The translations under genes and the position numbers were made by a program. The notes beneath the pieces were generated by a model that did not search any database, was not told the DNA's origin, and worked only from the letters and a program-made list of their open reading frames with translations. Shown here piece after piece: positions 60,801-64,000 of a stretch of 64,000 nucleotides of DNA; position 1 is the first letter of the stretch; every line of letters begins with the position of its first letter. Location of the stretch: positions 22,134,001 through 22,198,000 of the forward strand of contig CM068747.1 of NCBI GenBank assembly GCA_035084275.1. The letters are read 5' to 3'. This stretch comes from Hydrolagus colliei (taxonomy: Eukaryota).

Positions 60801-63383
60801 CTTTTTTCAATCAGATGCCATGTGAATACCTTTCTCTGGATACGATGGAGAAATGGATTGTTTGTAAGTTTTGCAAACTTTACACCATGATGGGGATTTC
60901 TACTGTAATGCATGCATGTAACAAACAGCCTCATACTGAATAGTAATCAATATATTTACAGCATGGTCAATGAAATCACGTCATAAAATTGCATCTCAGC
61001 AATAACTCAGATCATTGGTGTGGAGCTGTATTAAATTTTCAACCTTCTATTGTAAATTGCTTTCCTATTAGGAAATGGGTTTCAACGAATTGCATCCTAA
61101 TTGGCTCACTAATTCCTCAATGAGCATTAAGATTTACTTAATCGAAAAAGCTTGAACACTTTCAATTGAAAGTGCAACAGTAGCTGTGGGGATATGTAAA
61201 AATATTTTGTTATTCAGCTAATTCTTGCGAGTTAACTGAATATGTTATACCTTTTATTAGTTGGCTTTGTCCTGTGCCATGGGTTCCTAAACTCTGATGC
61301 AGCAGCTCTGAACCTGTGGAAGATTGCCTTGCAGAGCAGCTCCTGTCTTGCTCTCTTCAGAGATGAAGTCTTTCATGTTCATAAGGTTGCAGAGGACTTA
61401 TTCATGAACATTAAGGGGTAAATTATTTCCTTTAACTCTACAAAAAAAATTGCTTTCAATTGTTAATATAAATTAAATTGATTAAGTTGTCTAATGCTGC
61501 ACTTATTATGTTTCATTACAAATATTGTACTTGCACAGGCAACAAATGAAATCTAGTATTACATTCTAGGGGAAAAACAAGTGTAGCTTTAATCAGAATT
61601 TCTTATGTTTGCAGTTACAACAAACGTATAGCTGATATCCGAGAATGTCGAGAGATGGCATTATCACATGCGTAAGTATCTAGCCAATAAATGTGTATGT
61701 TTTAGAAATGTATGTAAGTTCTTAATAATAAGAATGGAATGAGAGTACAATATCAAAAGAAATATATAGGAGGTGAGCTGAGCTTCAATAGGAGTTTAGC
61801 TACGTTTGTTGCAGCTTGGAGGTAGAATGTTAGAATCGAGTGACCAATAACTTTCTTGTTATGTTTTTGTTTCAATGCTGCTGCTGTTTTGTAAACTTGT
61901 TTATGTGTGTAACTTTTTGTTATCCCTTCCTCAAGTGGTCCACTGCACAGGGAGAGACGCAAGTTCTTGCGATCGGCATTAAAAGAGCTTGCTACTGTGC
62001 TTGCTGACCAGCCAGGATTGCTAGGCCCAAAGGTACTGACATTTTTCTTTCAATATTCGTTACTGAAACAAAATGCAAGTGTAATATGGTGGGTTATGGC
62101 CATAAAATGTAGCCATTAAAATCGTGAATATCTTGCGGATTCTAATCTGCTCCTCCACAATTAATTAGGGTCAATGCTGAATTTAGTGGTCAAGCAGGAT
62201 TCAGTACTGTTTTTTTGTCTTATTCCTTGGTGAGTTCCTGAAGAGAATTATTGTTTTTCCAGGCACTCTTTGTATTCATGGCTTTATCTTTTGCACGTGA
62301 TGAAATTATCTGGCTTCTTCGTCACGCAGACAACATTCCAAGAACTAGAAACAGTGATGATTTTATTGATAAGTAAGTGAACGTTGCTTCATTATTTTCA
62401 CACCTAATCCAAGTATTGTATTAGTTATAATTTGTCTTAAAACCTTGATTCTACTTTGGTTTACTTTTGCAGACACATTGCTGAGCTGATATATTACATG
62501 GAAGAGCTCAGAGCTCATGTGCGCAAATATGGACCAGTGATGCAGAGATACTATGTGCAATACCTTTCTGGTTTTGATGCAGTAGTTTTGAACGAACTTG
62601 TGCAGGTGGGATTGCTTAATGAGTTTAGATAAGAGTTGCAGGGATGACAAACTAAAGGATATTATGTATTGTGCAATTTTACAGGGCTTTGAAAGGAAAA
62701 AGAGAGCAGCATTTTAGATTCAGTGGTTAACAAAACAGCAAAGTACAGTACCTCTGTAGCAGTCATTTTCTAAATGTATAGATTTTGACATTTTAGATGC
62801 AGTGTAGTTTTTAACCAATAGATGGTGCATGAATCTCATTCATTTTAAGCAATTTGGTTCATGCTGTTGTTAGTTGAGGGATAGGACTGAGAAAACATAA
62901 GTTTTATTCATGTTTAAGTCTCCTGTACTTTGTCTTAACTAAACCCCATTAAATAAATTCACTATGTCAACTATTGGGCAAAATGTTGGGATCGAGTCTT
63001 ATAACTTATTCTTGAGGAAGTGAATGTCAATGTATGCTGTTTCTCCCCGATCCAGACCAGGCGTTTATAATGATTCTTCTGTTTGCTTTCAGAATCTTTC
63101 AGTGTGTCCAGAAGACGAGTCCATCATCATGTCTTCATTTGTGAACACCATGACTTCCCTGAGTGTGAAGCAAGGTAAGACTTGTATTTATCTTGTTGTG
63201 TTGCCACACATTATTCGCTATTATTAAACTTTATTGAAGAAAAAACATTTTATTCTTTGCAGTGTTCAATAAGTTGCCTTATTTAACCAGCTTGTTGACA
63301 ATTTTTTTTCTCTGCATAATACAGTTGAGGATGGAGAAGTGTTTGATTTCAGAGGAATGAGACTGGACTGGTTTAGACTGCAG
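39773..63383 (+). CDS. NCKAP1: Nck-associated protein 1 (Nap1/Hem-2, WAVE regulatory complex), 5' part; gene continues beyond the window
   Basis: 15 exons (1482 nt, 494 codons) plus an optional 18-nt microexon; all GT-AG with matching phases; [53 protein letters not shown]...[14 protein letters not shown]. Confidence 0.97.
39888..41560. repeat. 1.7-kb polypyrimidine minisatellite at the start of NCKAP1 intron 1
   Basis: Units CCCTCACT followed by many CCCCCTTCCTCTCCCCCCTCCCCCCCCA copies; almost no G. Confidence 0.95.
43845..44112 (+). mobile_element. tRNA-derived SINE
   Basis: GGAGTCCTGTAGCTCAATGG head, GTTCGATT, standard tail. Confidence 0.87.
45959..46698. mobile_element. Older member of the CAGTA(A/G)AA.CC Tigger-like MITE family
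   Basis: Termini TAGTAGAACCCTGTTTATCCG ... CCGGATAAATGGGCTTCTATTG; shares subterminal sequence with 57975 and 59801. Confidence 0.78.
47980..47997 (+). CDS. NCKAP1: NCKAP1 18-nt alternative microexon (QGQVWK)
   Basis: ttccacag|CAA GGA CAA GTT TGG AAG|GTTTGC, phase 0/0; same hexapeptide as the insert in the long mammalian NCKAP1 isoform as I recall it. Confidence 0.88.
48830..48940 (+). CDS. NCKAP1: NCKAP1 exon 2
   Basis: [37 protein letters not shown]. Confidence 0.97.
49420..49785 (+). mobile_element. L2 3' fragment (tail type A)
   Basis: Closely similar to 5641-6241 ([10 protein letters not shown]...[10 protein letters not shown]...FRSQLKTFL). Confidence 0.92.
49795..50765 (+). mobile_element. 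L2 fragment with RT core remnant and internal deletion (tail type B)
   Basis: [18 protein letters not shown] (YADD-like), [32 protein letters not shown]; (GTT)n tail. Confidence 0.93.
52703..53050 (-). mobile_element. Degenerate L2 fragment (second piece 53237-53445)
   Basis: (AAC)n plus type-B tail and L2-like body. Confidence 0.72.
55910..56227. mobile_element. Old Tigger-like MITE
   Basis: TA-CAGTAAAACCTGGATAAT ... ATTATCAGGTTTTACTG-TA. Confidence 0.72.
56730..56822 (+). CDS. NCKAP1: NCKAP1 exon 3
   Basis: [31 protein letters not shown]. Confidence 0.96.
57882..57938 (+). CDS. NCKAP1: NCKAP1 exon 4
   Basis: [19 protein letters not shown]. Confidence 0.96.
57975..58889. mobile_element. 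Tigger-like MITE in NCKAP1 intron 4
   Basis: TIR CAGTAAAAGCC..TTTA.CCG, TA TSD; internal CT-rich then GA-rich tracts. Confidence 0.9.
58956..59098 (+). CDS. NCKAP1: NCKAP1 exon 5
   Basis: [47 protein letters not shown]. Confidence 0.97.
59352..59442 (+). CDS. NCKAP1: NCKAP1 exon 6
   Basis: [30 protein letters not shown]. Confidence 0.97.
59606..59743 (+). CDS. NCKAP1: NCKAP1 exon 7
   Basis: [46 protein letters not shown]. Confidence 0.97.
59801..60627. mobile_element. Tigger-like MITE in NCKAP1 intron 7 (same family and orientation as 57975)
   Basis: Same TIRs, TA TSD, colinear body. Confidence 0.9.
60815..60863 (+). CDS. NCKAP1: NCKAP1 exon 8
   Basis: [16 protein letters not shown]. Confidence 0.96.
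61261..61417 (+). CDS. NCKAP1: NCKAP1 exon 9
   Basis: [51 protein letters not shown]. Confidence 0.97.
61615..61671 (+). CDS. NCKAP1: NCKAP1 exon 10
   Basis: [18 protein letters not shown]. Confidence 0.96.
61936..62032 (+). CDS. NCKAP1: NCKAP1 exon 11
   Basis: [32 protein letters not shown]. Confidence 0.97.
62263..62372 (+). CDS. NCKAP1: NCKAP1 exon 12
   Basis: [36 protein letters not shown]. Confidence 0.97.
62473..62605 (+). CDS. NCKAP1: NCKAP1 exon 13
   Basis: [44 protein letters not shown]. Confidence 0.97.
63093..63174 (+). CDS. NCKAP1: NCKAP1 exon 14
   Basis: [27 protein letters not shown]. Confidence 0.97.
63325..63383 (+). CDS. NCKAP1: NCKAP1 exon 15
   Basis: [19 protein letters not shown]|GTAAAG. 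Confidence 0.96.
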
Positions 63384-64000
63384 GTAAAGATGGAATTAAT
63401 TTTATTACAAGGAATTCCATGTGGTTGATTTAGCCTTTCACTTGCACCAATAGTTCCACGAAACAGAATCAGGAGATCACAAGACTTCCAGTTTGTATAA
63501 TTTAGAGTAAATATTCAGCATATGATAAACCAACTGAAAATGAAACATGATTAAAATATCTGTAGACAATTTAAAGCACAATTTAAAGAAAAATTATAGT
63601 AAATTGTGATTAATAATAAATAACATAAATATTCAGTGATTGAATGGAATTTAGGAAGGGTTATGGGCTCCAGTCCTGTTTAATTGTTTTTCCTGCCCTG
63701 CAATGTATGGCATAGATTTGTGAGCTGTTATTGAGCAGACAGTGGTTATTCCAAGCCCCACAAAGATTGCTGGTAGATCTGGTTTGTGAAATCATAAAGC
63801 CTGAATTTCAACATTCACAAATGGAGATCAAAGATATTTGCTGACATTGACACGGTCAATAGATTGTATAACTTATGCACAGGCCCTTTGGTAAATCTCT
63901 GGAAAATAGTTTTGCTGTTTCCAGGAAAACCAAAGCGTTCACAAGTCTCTCTACAGTTTGCTAGTTTACAGTTGTAAATCTAGTAACTATTTTGAGTTCA

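Overview
Vertebrate genomic DNA. The repeat content (L2/CR1 LINEs, a tRNA-derived SINE with a DeuSINE-like 3' tail, Tigger-like and hAT MITEs) points to a cartilaginous fish, probably a chimaera (inference). Three spliced genes were reconstructed by hand with GT-AG boundaries and consistent phases: NUP35 (minus, 9 coding exons, 27252..20750, 316 aa, complete), DUSP19 (minus, 4 coding exons, 33346..29595, 200 aa, complete) and the 5' part of NCKAP1 (plus, 15 constitutive exons plus the 18-nt QGQVWK microexon, starting at 39773 and running off the window). Gene order and orientation match the human NCKAP1/DUSP19/NUP35 block. Bases 1-20 kb have no recognisable gene and contain repeats, CTCF-like sites and candidate conserved non-coding elements. 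Most long ORFs in the supplied track are low-complexity or LINE artefacts. I see no new multi-gene system. The most unusual observations are (1) a 7-copy tandem array of the NUP35 exon-8 splice donor, where every alternative copy would remove the C-terminal membrane-binding tail without predicted NMD, (2) the conserved NCKAP1 microexon with its regulatory motifs, (3) a probable unannotated DUSP19 5'UTR intron with an RFX X-box, and (4) covarying 3' stem-loops in two L2 subfamilies and the SINE.
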